Source: Vairimorpha necatrix
Taxonomy: Eukaryota
Assembly (NCBI GenBank): GCA_036630325.1
Contig: CP142736.1
Coordinates: forward strand, 1 to 64,000
Reading direction: 5' to 3'
Length of the DNA: 64,000 nt
The first letter of the stretch is position 1. Every line of letters begins with the position of its first letter. Below are positions 40,212 through 51,280 of the stretch, in pieces. Under the pieces are notes generated by a model, which worked only from the letters and a program-made list of their open reading frames with translations, searched no databases and was not told the origin of the DNA. The position numbers and the translations under genes are program-made.

Positions 40212-41402
40212 TAAAATATTGTTAGTAATTTCTCGTTATATATTACCTCAGAAAGTTTCAGCTCACGAAAACTGAATCGTGAAGAGATCGTGGTTGTTAA
40301 AACCGAGAATGCACCTACCCCAAACAAAAGAATTTTAATAGATCAACAGAAATTTAGGTAAATAGCAATAGAAAGAATTACAGAAACTTCCATTGTAAAT
40401 GCTTGAACGAACGAAGTATTAGTCGAACCGTTGAAACTAGATTATTTTACAAAAAAAATTAATTTTTAAATTTAAGTTCTATAATTATTATTTTTTTACA
40501 TAAATTAAATATATGTATTTTTTAAAAATAATAATTAGCATAAGAATTTATGAGCTCTAAATTTTTATTTTTGTTTTTGGATTCTTGCATTAAAAACCCA
40601 TCATAGGAAATATTAGGTCTCTTTTTATATAAATATAAGTACATTTATTGTTTTACAAAGGCAAGCATATTTTTTACATAAAGACAGTTTACTTGTTGAA
40701 AGTTTTATATCTATCTGAACTCATTCGATGCCTAAGCTTCAACTAAAATTTATAATAAATGTTTGTTTTAAGCTGCCTGTAGTATTTTCGATTAAAAAAA
40801 AGGTAATTTGAAATATCAATATGTACATACATCGATTTCATATTTATTTAAAAAAATTACAAAAAAAATAAAGTTTTAGAATACATGCAGACTTTAGTTG
40901 TTCTATGTTGATAAGGTAATTGTTTATGAACAATATAATTAACTATAATCATACATTTAAAAAAAAAAATATTTTCTAGATATTTGCTTCAGTTGTATTT
41001 ATGATAAAAGCCTTTTATAATAAATATACACATGTAGACTTTTTTATAATATGTTTTATATTTTTTCTACAGAATTTGATCCATAAAGCATTTTGTGTAT
41101 ATAGAAACAATTGAAAAATTAGAAAAATGCTTTACGTATTTAAATTTTTAGTTTTTAATGTTTCCTTGATCTATAAGTTCCGACTGATCTCTACATTTTC
41201 AAAATAAATTTTATAAGTTTTCGTGGCATGAACAATCTACTGTTATATTCTATGTTGAACTACGCTTAGATCTTTTTGTGTTTATTATTTTTATTATGCC
41301 TCAATCGGAACCCCCAAACCCATAGTAAATTTTTATATACATCTACAGAAACATTTACTATTTACAAAATATATTTTTTTTACATGACAGTAAATTCCTA
41401 TT

Positions 41403-42078
41403 GGTACATGACCGTTTGGAACCCGCTTTAGGAAAATAACCCCGCATTGGGGAAATGAACCCGGTTTGAAATTTTAAAGAAACTCCCCTTTTTAAGAAAA
41501 TGGCAAAATTGGCAAAAACTAATTTTGTTGAGGCAGATGAGGTTTTTAATGATGAATTGATTTATACATGGAATATAATAAAAGGTTTATTTTGGAAACA
41601 TTTGATGCTGAATCGGCGTGCGCCTTGCTCGTTTCTGTAACTAGTAGAAATACTGCTTTTTCCTTGAGGTAATACAAGAAAATGTATAATCTCTTTCTAT
41701 TATGATTGCTAATCAATGAATAGCATATGATGCCACATTATCTAAGCAAAGGGATGGAGCACAGTACTAAGAATCACTCTATAAATGCTGTAGCCTCTAG
41801 CGATTCCGAGTCACCATCCGTCATATAATTTAGTTGGTTTGGGCTCATTTCTATAAGAGATATTCGTTCTAGATATAAACAAAGAAGAACACTATGAGTA
41901 CCTTTTACAGTTCCACTGAGTTTTCCAAATTCCCAAAAATCACCGGATAAATTGTCTTCTGTCATTATTTAAAATATATCATCAAGTCCCTTTTTTTATA
42001 ATTTTTTTTATTTTTCCCTTTTTTGAATTTTTCAAAGCGGGTTCATTTTTTAAAGCGGGTTCCAAAAGGTCATGTACC
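41403..42078. mobile_element. Non-autonomous TIR DNA transposon (MITE), Merlin-like
   Basis: 28-bp TIRs GGTACATGACC(G/T)TTTGGAACCCGCTTTA with one mismatch. Perfect 8-bp TSD TTCCTATT at 41395-41402 and 42079-42086. Subterminal GAACCCG repeats. GG termini with an 8-bp TSD fit Merlin, but the superfamily call is tentative. Confidence 0.88.
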
Positions 42079-43249
42079 TTCCTATTTGATTTTACTCAAT
42101 TTCATTAATTTTATGCGTACTGTGCTAATTATATTGTAACTAAATTACCATAGGGATTATTCTCTTGTCTATAATAGAACATGTATTAGCTAAATCAAAT
42201 TGAAAGGGTATGTTTATAATTGGTTTTTGTGAATTCATCGTAAGCAACTCACCATAAGCAATTAACCAAAAATTAAAATATGATTTTTTAGGGATATCCA
42301 TTCTAATAATATTCAACTGCTATACTATGCAATATATATTTAATCCATACATAATCAAATTTAAATTAAATATATATAATGGATATTCCTAAGAGAAATT
42401 AATATTTTGATTTTTCGATGAATTGATTTAGGTCAATTGCTATTCGGCGAATTCTCAGGACACCTTTTTTATTCTTGAGATATTAGGACGAATTTCGGGA
42501 TTGCTCTCATAACCCCCTCAATTTAGCTTATGGTTTCTGTGGTATCATTTATACTGCGTAGCTCCAAATTGGTGGTCATCCTGTTTTGAAACCTAACTCT
42601 TGACCAGTTGACTTCTTGATCGCTGCACACACGTTTTTAACCACTTCAAACTTTACCAAATACGTCTGGTTGTATTTTCAGCTTAATGATAACGATAAAC
42701 TTAGAATCACTGGATTATAAAATAGGTGTATATATAGAGAAATAATTAAATTCCGATTATCTGATGCTTTTTAATATAGTATATAACAACATACATTCGA
42801 TTAATTATCTATATTTTTATGTATATCAAAAAGATAACAATATCGAGGATAATACAATATAACCTAATTATTAAATGTGCTTTATCTATCTGATAGATTA
42901 GCTAAGTTCATAGAATCATTTTTTTAAGGTTGTACTAAACATTGTTGTTTTTAAAGGGTTGGATAAAGGTATTGAAGACCGGAGAGGAATCGCCAAATAA
43001 TTATTTTTTGATACTAAACACAAAAAAAAAATGAGCACAGGAAATTTACACGTAATGAATTTCTTTGTGTTGAAAAGAGTAGATGAGTTGTACAAAATTG
43101 TATGTTTATTAAAAAAAGTTTCCTTTTATATTTATGTATGAAACAATGATTGTGAAAATATGTTGGATTAGACCTGCTTGTGATGGAACAGTTTGAGTTC
43201 CGGAGAAAACAATGATTGGAAATAAAAGTTAACATTTATAAATTTTTAA

Positions 43250-43367
43250 AATTACAGCACCTTGCTTTTCCGAGCGGTCTCCCATCTCAGTACTCACAAG
43301 GCTCTTACTGGCTTAACTTCGGAGAGCTGACGAGTTCCGGTGCTTTACAGTAGATATGGCCGTAATT
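43250..43367 (-). rRNA. 5S ribosomal RNA
   Basis: Minus strand reads ATTACGGCCATATCTAC..GAACTCGTCAGCTCTCCGAAGTTAAGC..AGTACTGAGATGGGAGACC..GGTGCTGTAAT. Ends pair and a T-run follows. Resembles microsporidian 5S rRNA as recalled. Confidence 0.95.
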
Positions 43368-44369
43368 GTTAAATTTAAAAATTTAAATTCAGTAAATGTT
43401 GTTATGATTGATGTTAAACATCTGCTTGTGTAATATACTGAAAGTAATTTTAATAGTTTACATTTGATTATATAATTTAAATTTTTTAAGATCAAAGATC
43501 AAGGTATAATATGTAAACACACATTGTTATTATGCAATTTTTGCTCAGATTAGAACCCAGAACGGAAGCATATATACAGTCAAGAGTCCTTAAAATGACT
43601 TTAGAAAGCCTAACTATGTCAGCCAGACATGGGCTTGATACAGATCAGGAAGAGGTCTTCGAGAGCCTAATGAGTAAATCTCAGAAGGAAGCCTGGAACT
43701 GCCAGATGAGACTGTAAGCGTATCTTGTGAAAAGTAATTAATAAGTCGAATATTATACCCAAATAAAAAATTTAATTTATTGTGCAATTTTTAAAGTACT
43801 AGAAAAATTTCTTTTAAAAAAGAACAAATTATAATTTAATAAGATTTCATAAGGCCATTCCTATCAATTTTTGATTGACTTTTATAAGCTTGAGCATTGT
43901 TATACATAACATAATAAAGTATGACTTAAGAAGCAAATGAACACAATAGTATAAGGCCATCTAAATCATTCCACATTTTATTACGACTGATGTCATTTGA
44001 CCTAAGATCACTTTTTTCTATTACTATCGTATATATTTGCTTATTTAAAAATAGTTGGCTTTTTAGTAATTTACGAACTATTTCTATATTTTCTTTTGAA
44101 CTTACATGTTAATAAAGACATTATTTTTTCTACCTGTATATATCAAAGAGGATAATTAACTTTGTAAAATTTTAAAACAAAAATTAATAGGGAAAGTATG
44201 AGCCTATTGAAAGTAAACAACCCGTTTAGAGATTATTTTGTTTTAATAATAAACTAATTAATTGTTAAAGCTCAATTCACATCAATGGTAATATTGTCCT
44301 TTTAAAACCATATTTCGATCTATTCTGTTCCACTCTACACTAACTTTTTATTTTCAGTTTAAATATAGT

Positions 44370-47300
44370 TGTCGTATCCTTCTATAAATATTATATATTT
44401 TCACCCCCATGCAATTCGTAAATAAAGGAACATTCGACATGGCGACAGCGATAAAAACTGTTGGCTGCTTCAGTGGAAAGAAGGAAGAGGATATAAATAC
44501 ATGGTTGCGTGACACAACGTTCACGGCGAGGGTTATGGGACTGACAGAAGATCAGACCGCCAGACTTATCTGCCTGGGTCTACGGGGGCCAGCTCTCTCA
44601 TGGATAGCAATGGCATTTGAACGGGTGTCAGAACTTGATCTGGCAGAGGTTACTAAGAGTCTAAAATTGAGATTTTACAGTTCACAGAAAACTCTGGCCA
44701 CTCTAGACGAGTTTGTTAAACCGCAACAATTTGGCAACCTAGAGGCTTTCATAGACTTCTGCAGGAAAGGAAACTCACTTATAGAGCAACAAACAATGGA
44801 GTACAAAGCAGTCAGCCTCATAGTAATCAAGAAGTCTCCTTCGGTCCTCAAATCAATTCTTTATGATTTTGCTAGACAATGCCAAGATTGGAGTGAATTC
44901 CTGAGGCGCACAGAGGAAGTTTCTTGGATAGCATTCCCTATGAAAAGTAACACGACTAATACGGACGAGACACTAGATAACAGGACTTTGAAGGTCGCAC
45001 CATCGAAGAAGGGAAATATACCCTACACCATAGAAAACTACAAGATCAACAGCTGTTTCACTAATCCTTGCTACATAAACGTAGAATTCAATCGTAAACG
45101 ACATCGAGCATTAATTGATACCGGAGCTGATGTCTCCCTGATACCCGCAAGAGTCCTCGAAGGGACAAATATCAGATTTACCAGATCTTCAACGATCATA
45201 CGAGCAGCATCAGGGACACCATTGGAGATTACAGGAAGATGTCTAAATATCAATTTTAGGAAGGAAAACACTTCAATTACTTTCAGCCCTTACGTCACAG
45301 AACGGACACCGGACTACATAATCTTAGGAGTTGACGCTATACGAACGAACCCCATATTACTGGAACAACTGATCAGAAAATTCGCCAATACAGTCAAGAA
45401 AGGCTCACTGATTAACAAAGTCAATTACATCTCAATCGAAGAGAAATACCATGACATGTTCAAAACTGAAATTTCAGAGCTTACACTTTGTAACATGGGG
45501 AAACATCAAATCGAGACAACAGTAGCGAAGGCAATTTACCAGAAAAATGGAAAGATCCCTCTGCACTTTGAAGAGGAAATCACACAACAGATCAAGAAGA
45601 ACTTGCAGTTGGGCGTAATAAGAAATAGTAGGAGCCCCTGGAACAGTAGAGTTGTTCCGGTAACGAAACCTGATGGGTCGATCAGGCTCTGTATAGATTA
45701 CAGAGAGCTCAACAAGATAACAGTCAAAGATAAATACCCCCTCCCACGAATTGATGAAATTCTCGACGATCTAGCTGACGCTACTATCTTTTCGACATTA
45801 GATGCTACGTCGGGATATTATCAGATAGCCCTTGAAGAAGTAGACAAGGAGAAGACAGCATTCAGCTGGAGAGGAGGACATTATGAATTTAACAGGATGC
45901 CGTTTGGGCTATGTAATGCCCCTGCTACTTTTCAGAGAACTATGGATAAGATTTTTGTGAAAGAAAACAGAAAATTCGTCATACCATACTTGGATGACAT
46001 TATTATCTATTCTAAAAATCACCAGGAACACCGTGAACACTTGGAAATCGTATTGGGTAAGCTTAAGGCAGCAGGAATCGCACTTAACAGAAAGAAGTGC
46101 CACTTCTTCAAAGAAGAAATTAAAATTCTAGGGAATATAGTAACAAACAAGACGATCAAACCGGACCCAGAGAAGGTCAAAGCCATAAACGAGTATAAGG
46201 AGCCGACGAATGTTGCTCAACTACGGTCGTTTCTTGGGCTCATAAATTACTGTAGGGAGTTCATCCGTAACTTATCAGCGATAGCAGCCCCTCTCTACGA
46301 ACTGTTTAAAGGAGAGTCAAAGCGAAGTGTTAAGAGTATTTCTCTCAGCAAAAAGGAGAAACGGGCGTTCGAAGATCTAAAGAGACTTCTCACAGAAGAG
46401 ACAATAAGATACAAGATTAATCTCAGGAAACCGTTTATATTGACTACGGATGCGTCAGAGCAGGGAATAGGCGCGATCCTCTCACAGATTGGAGATGATG
46501 GGAAGGAGCACTTCGTAAGTGCATTCAGCAAAAGTTTAGAGAAAGCCCATAAGAACTACTCTACAACAGACAAAGAACTCTTGGCCGTTGTAAAAGGCAT
46601 CGAGAACTATAGACACTACCTCCTGGGTAGAGAGTTCATATTGAAGACGGACCACAAAGCGCTGACTTATCTATGGGAAGCTAAGAATCCTACCAGTAGA
46701 TTGCTGAGGTGGGCAATGAAGTTGCAGGAGTATGCATTTCAATCAACCTACATAAAAGGAGAGGTTAATGGAGCAGACGGGTTAAGCAGACAAAACCCGA
46801 CAGAGAAAGATATAAATATCATCGAAGCTACAGGACCAAGCGATGAAGACAGACAGAAGATCTTAGAATCCTACCATCTAGACGTTGGACATGCTAGCGC
46901 TAGTACGATGAGCTTCATGATTTCACAAAGGTACAAATGGGCAGGAATGCATAAGGACATCAAGGAACACGTAGAAAAGTGTAAAACGTGCTTGAAATCG
47001 GGATACCCATTACGAAACACAAAAAACAAAGTTATACGATCAGAAAGGCCGAACCAAATATGGGGGATAGATCTCATAGGACGCATATGCGACACTTCGG
47101 GTCAAAACAGCTTCATATTCATTGCTATTGACCACTACTCTAAATGGGTCGAGACGGCTGTTATTAACTATAAAACAGGGTCGAAAATAATGGGATTAAT
47201 CCAGCAATTGATTATCGAGAAACACGGCATTCCAGAAAGAATCTTGACTGACAACGGGCTAGAATTTATAAATTCTGACATCAAAGACCTGGCCGAAAAG

Positions 47301-47914
47301 AACGGTATTGACTGGCAATACAGTTCACCAGAACATCACGAAACTGTAGGCGCAGTAGAAAGAGCGAATCAGACGTTAATGAAGATACTAAATAAAATTA
47401 CAGATTTCGGAAGGGTAAGCTGGAAGAACAAGCTTCCAGAAGCCACGAGATGCCTCAACCTGTCTTATAATCGGAGCATAGGAACATCGCCGTTCATGTT
47501 AAGGGAGAATAAATTGCCGATGCTGTCTGTAGACAAAGCGCTAGACAAGGAAGAAGTGACATTCTCAGCGGAGGAAACGAAGAGTAAGCGCGATGAAAAC
47601 TTCGAAAAGTACAAAAAAGCAATCGTGAAAGGGAAAGTAGAGGTGGCGAAAAAGCTAAACGTGGGCGATAAAGTTTTAATATATCGTGAGACTAAAAGCG
47701 GGAAGTTCAAGTGCAATTGGGAAGATGGATACGTGATCACAGAAATAATTTTACCCGATGCCTATGTGGTAAAAAAGAATGGAAAAGTATACAGGCTTAA
47801 CAAAACACGAGTTAAAGCAGATACTTCAATTTAGGGGGGAGAGGTGTCGTATCCTTCTATAAATATTATATATTTTCACCCCCATGCAATTCGTAAATAA
47901 AGGAACATTCGACA
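44370..47914 (+). mobile_element. Intact Ty3/Gypsy micro-LTR retrotransposon (element D, protease-containing lineage)
   Basis: Identical 70-bp LTRs at 44370-44439 and 47845-47914 (TGTCG..CGACA). TSD ATAGT on both sides. PBS-like TGGCGACAGC and PPT AGGGGGGAGAGG. Confidence 0.98.
44409..47834 (+). CDS. Single-ORF Gag-PR-RT-RNaseH-integrase polyprotein of element D (1141 aa; alternative start 44439)
   Basis: Capsid-like FSG..W..LRGPALSW; protease ALIDTGADVS; RT RLCIDYRELN, MPFGL and YLDD; RNase H TDAS and TDH; integrase HHCC, IDL, TDNG and VER. No CCHC knuckle and no chromodomain. Confidence 0.97.
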   Translation: MQFVNKGTFDMATAIKTVGCFSGKKEEDINTWLRDTTFTARVMGLTEDQTARLICLGLRGPALSWIAMAFERVSELDLAEVTKSLKLRFYSSQKTLATLDEFVKPQQFGNLEAFIDFCRKGNSLIEQQTMEYKAVSLIVIKKSPSVLKSILYDFARQCQDWSEFLRRTEEVSWIAFPMKSNTTNTDETLDNRTLKVAPSKKGNIPYTIENYKINSCFTNPCYINVEFNRKRHRALIDTGADVSLIPARVLEGTNIRFTRSSTIIRAASGTPLEITGRCLNINFRKENTSITFSPYVTERTPDYIILGVDAIRTNPILLEQLIRKFANTVKKGSLINKVNYISIEEKYHDMFKTEISELTLCNMGKHQIETTVAKAIYQKNGKIPLHFEEEITQQIKKNLQLGVIRNSRSPWNSRVVPVTKPDGSIRLCIDYRELNKITVKDKYPLPRIDEILDDLADATIFSTLDATSGYYQIALEEVDKEKTAFSWRGGHYEFNRMPFGLCNAPATFQRTMDKIFVKENRKFVIPYLDDIIIYSKNHQEHREHLEIVLGKLKAAGIALNRKKCHFFKEEIKILGNIVTNKTIKPDPEKVKAINEYKEPTNVAQLRSFLGLINYCREFIRNLSAIAAPLYELFKGESKRSVKSISLSKKEKRAFEDLKRLLTEETIRYKINLRKPFILTTDASEQGIGAILSQIGDDGKEHFVSAFSKSLEKAHKNYSTTDKELLAVVKGIENYRHYLLGREFILKTDHKALTYLWEAKNPTSRLLRWAMKLQEYAFQSTYIKGEVNGADGLSRQNPTEKDINIIEATGPSDEDRQKILESYHLDVGHASASTMSFMISQRYKWAGMHKDIKEHVEKCKTCLKSGYPLRNTKNKVIRSERPNQIWGIDLIGRICDTSGQNSFIFIAIDHYSKWVETAVINYKTGSKIMGLIQQLIIEKHGIPERILTDNGLEFINSDIKDLAEKNGIDWQYSSPEHHETVGAVERANQTLMKILNKITDFGRVSWKNKLPEATRCLNLSYNRSIGTSPFMLRENKLPMLSVDKALDKEEVTFSAEETKSKRDENFEKYKKAIVKGKVEVAKKLNVGDKVLIYRETKSGKFKCNWEDGYVITEIILPDAYVVKKNGKVYRLNKTRVKADTSI

Positions 47915-50557
47915 ATAGTATTAAGAATTTAAATTCAAATTCTACCATCCAAATAAAACTCGTTATAAAATGTCAGGCTAATTAGTAGTCGATTTATTGA
48001 AGTAAATACATACGAAACAGTGAACGCAAAAAAATTAAAATAGAGTTATAAATATTTTACAAATGGATTTCTGAAATAAAACTAATAGAACACGTATTAG
48101 TTACAAAATTCAACATATAATTGCATGAAGTAGCTAAAAGTCAAAATAAAGCTGCTTATTTGTATCTTGTACAATTGCGAAAATCTCTAATTCTGTTTCA
48201 CATGTAAATTTTTTTCTAAAATTATTTAAGCACATTTTTTTATTTTTTATGTAGGTTAATTACTTTTTGAATATTTCTTGTTTGATAAAACTTGGTATAC
48301 GTTACGTTATAGTTTTATTATTTTTTAACATTAAATATTTTTTCAAATTTGTGCCATCACATTTTCTTTGCAGCTAACTTTTTGTTAAAAAAGCCGGGAT
48401 TTTAACGAGTATCAGTAATTACATACTTAATCGCCAAACAGAGATCGTTTATTGGAAAAATGGTTACGTATAATATCGAGTTTGATTATTGAGAGAAATA
48501 TAATGTTAATTGTAACGCGTTTATATAAACATAATTAAATAGGTGATAGCCAAGTAATACTTAGATTTTTCATGATCCTTATGTCAAATATAGTTAATAG
48601 GTGTTAATTTATACCTGATAACGCGGCTAATATTGAAAGATATGTGTTTTATCAGATATAACAAGTCGATTTGTGTATTAAATAGAATATAAAGTCATTT
48701 TTTGTTATCTACTTCGAATTGTTGAACTAACCTAGATTTTATTTGTAAAAAAAATATCAATTTCGAGATGATGTTACACAAGACCGTAATTTTCCGTAAC
48801 CTCTACATATATCATGATTAATGTTAAGAATATTTCTCTGACAATAAAGCAGTTTTGCAAACATACTACAAAAATAAGCGAAATAGTTCATGGCACGTGA
48901 TATATATTTTAGAGTCATTTAAATATCTATTTTATATCTAATATAATAAGATTGGCTTATGAGTACGTTTAATGGTCCATAAGAACCAGATCCAATAAAA
49001 ATCAGGACTTAATTTTTTGCAAATAAGAAGAAGAAACGTTTAGTTGAGGAATTTCAAAGCTTCAAAAATTCTATGTTTGATACTGTTTAGTACGGCCGTC
49101 TCCTATATATGTTTTTTTATATATGCACAAGAAAAGTAGTGTTGATTTAAAAGTGATTTTGAGTGAAATTTTATTTTTACTTAGGTAATGAATCATTTTA
49201 TATTTTCATAAAAAATAACACTCATGATAAATTTTTAACAGAATTTTAACTTTTTTATACGTGAAAATTCGTCTATGAAAGTTTTATATTTTAGAGAACT
49301 ATGACTAACTGTAAAAAAAATTGTTTTAGTAATTTCAGATATAACATGTTTTAAAAAGTATTGCACTATCAAATTTTTGGATACTTTTAATGCTTAAAAT
49401 ATTGCGTTATAGCGCGTTTTAAGATCATATAAAATATTTATATTATTTATTTTGCAAATTTGTTTATGAATATATGTACTCGTAGCTATCCCCCAGTGTA
49501 TTGTGTTTTAATATATACCTATTCATTCGAAACAACACAGATATCTTTAAATAAAACTATATTATATATTTTTAGTAGTAAAAACATGTGTCTTTATTGA
49601 TATAGGTGATCTATAAATCTCGTGGCCATTTCGGCGGAAAAAATTTGCTTCATCTCATTATCTTTTTAACATAAAAAAAAATATAACAAAATAAATTTAT
49701 TCAACTAATAGTGAAATGTTATAAATCTCCGTTAATTTGTAACTTCTTGATCAATTAAGAGATTTATCTATAGATCAATATACACATATTTGATCAAAAT
49801 TTCATAACACGCCAATCATAACTTTTCCAATTAAATAACCAATACAGTCCATAACATTTAGAAATGTTATATAGTAAGAAAATGTGCGATAAACGGGAAA
49901 GTGCAGGAAAGTAAGAATACAACAAAGATCCCCATTTATGTTGCATTAATTCTACTCTAAAATAGTATATGTAATCATTTTGAACTTGTATCAAAAAATT
50001 AATAAAAAATTAACGCATACTATTGTTGGGATCCTGGCGAAGTGATGTGCTAGAAAGTACAATGTTTGATGTTTTGAAAATAAAAATCATACAGTTTTGG
50101 TAGTTTGAGTATAATAGCCAAAATTCTCTTTGACCCTAATAAGAAGGTTTCCTGAGTTTTTTTTTGTAAAAATATTGTTTATGGCAATATGCTACTTAAT
50201 ATGCTTATGAGTATGTTTTTAGATTAGAGACAGAAAAAAGAATATTTTGTTTTTTACAATTTTTAGAGATTTTGCTTAATGCATTTATAATTGCTTAACT
50301 AAAAAAAAATAGTAACATATAAAAATATCCAATATTTGACATGTAAAAAACACATTCTATAAATAAAAATTATAGTTTTTAGAAGGTGCAATGATTTAAG
50401 ATTTATTAGAGCTTCTGCTAATAATTTATATTTTACTTATAAAACATTACATAATATATTGTTGAAATAGTTTTATAAAAAAGTAAAGCCGTTTTTCAAA
50501 AAATATTTGTTTACATTAAATCAATCATATTAAAATAATTACATTTAATTCATTGCA

Positions 50558-51280
50558 TTATCCTCGACTTCCTGCAAAGGGAATTTCTTTTATGTTTTTA
50601 ATTTTAACTGTTGAATACATTTCCTCGCTAAATAATTGCGTAACATGCCATGGACATGATTCTTTTATTCTAACTTCAATAAATCCGTAAACAAGCTTTT
50701 TAATTTTTTTAATTTCTTTATAATCTTCAAATGTAGAATAAAAACTTAAATCAAAAATTAAATCATAGCTATGATATGCTAAAACTTCAATAAGATGACC
50801 AATGGGATTCAACCTTACTTTTGTTTGCTGGTTCGTTAAAAAGTTCGTTACAAATATTTTAAAATAATAGCTCAAGTCGTGTACGTGCTGATTCTTATTC
50901 ATTTTAGTTGTTATTGATACAATTTCAATAATATCCTTTTGAGACATTATAGCATCAAACACAACATCAGATGCTTTAAGTATTGTTTCCCATTTAATTA
51001 CATTATAAATAATTTTTTTAGGTATAAATTCAAAGTTTTCATAACATTCGAATATTTCTCTAGTCGACGTATTATCATACCAAGAATTATAATAATCAAC
51101 TGTAACGGACTTATGATTTATATCAAAAGGTACAGCTACTTGATTACTTTGGAATTTTCTGTTGTCATACATTAATTCACTATTGTTAAGCGAAATATTG
51201 AACTCAGAATGTCCTTCATTGCCAAAACGTGAATTGATTATAGAGCTAGATACTTTTAATACTGCAGTAAGCAAAAACAT
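50558..51280 (-). CDS. Hypothetical protein, 240 aa, probably secreted
   Basis: Intact ORF in very AT-rich DNA. AAACCCCTAAA precedes the ATG. Short hydrophobic N-terminus MFLLTAVLKVSSS. No recognisable domain. Confidence 0.8.
   Translation of the reverse strand: MFLLTAVLKVSSSIINSRFGNEGHSEFNISLNNSELMYDNRKFQSNQVAVPFDINHKSVTVDYYNSWYDNTSTREIFECYENFEFIPKKIIYNVIKWETILKASDVVFDAIMSQKDIIEIVSITTKMNKNQHVHDLSYYFKIFVTNFLTNQQTKVRLNPIGHLIEVLAYHSYDLIFDLSFYSTFEDYKEIKKIKKLVYGFIEVRIKESCPWHVTQLFSEEMYSTVKIKNIKEIPFAGSRG

Noticed and set aside
42225..42465. Decayed palindrome (TTAGGGATATCCATT / AATGGATATTCCTAA), with similar weak inverted repeats near 16075-16180, 11810-11865 and 26510-26735
   Set aside because: Probably old MITEs, but ends and TSDs cannot be defined by eye.
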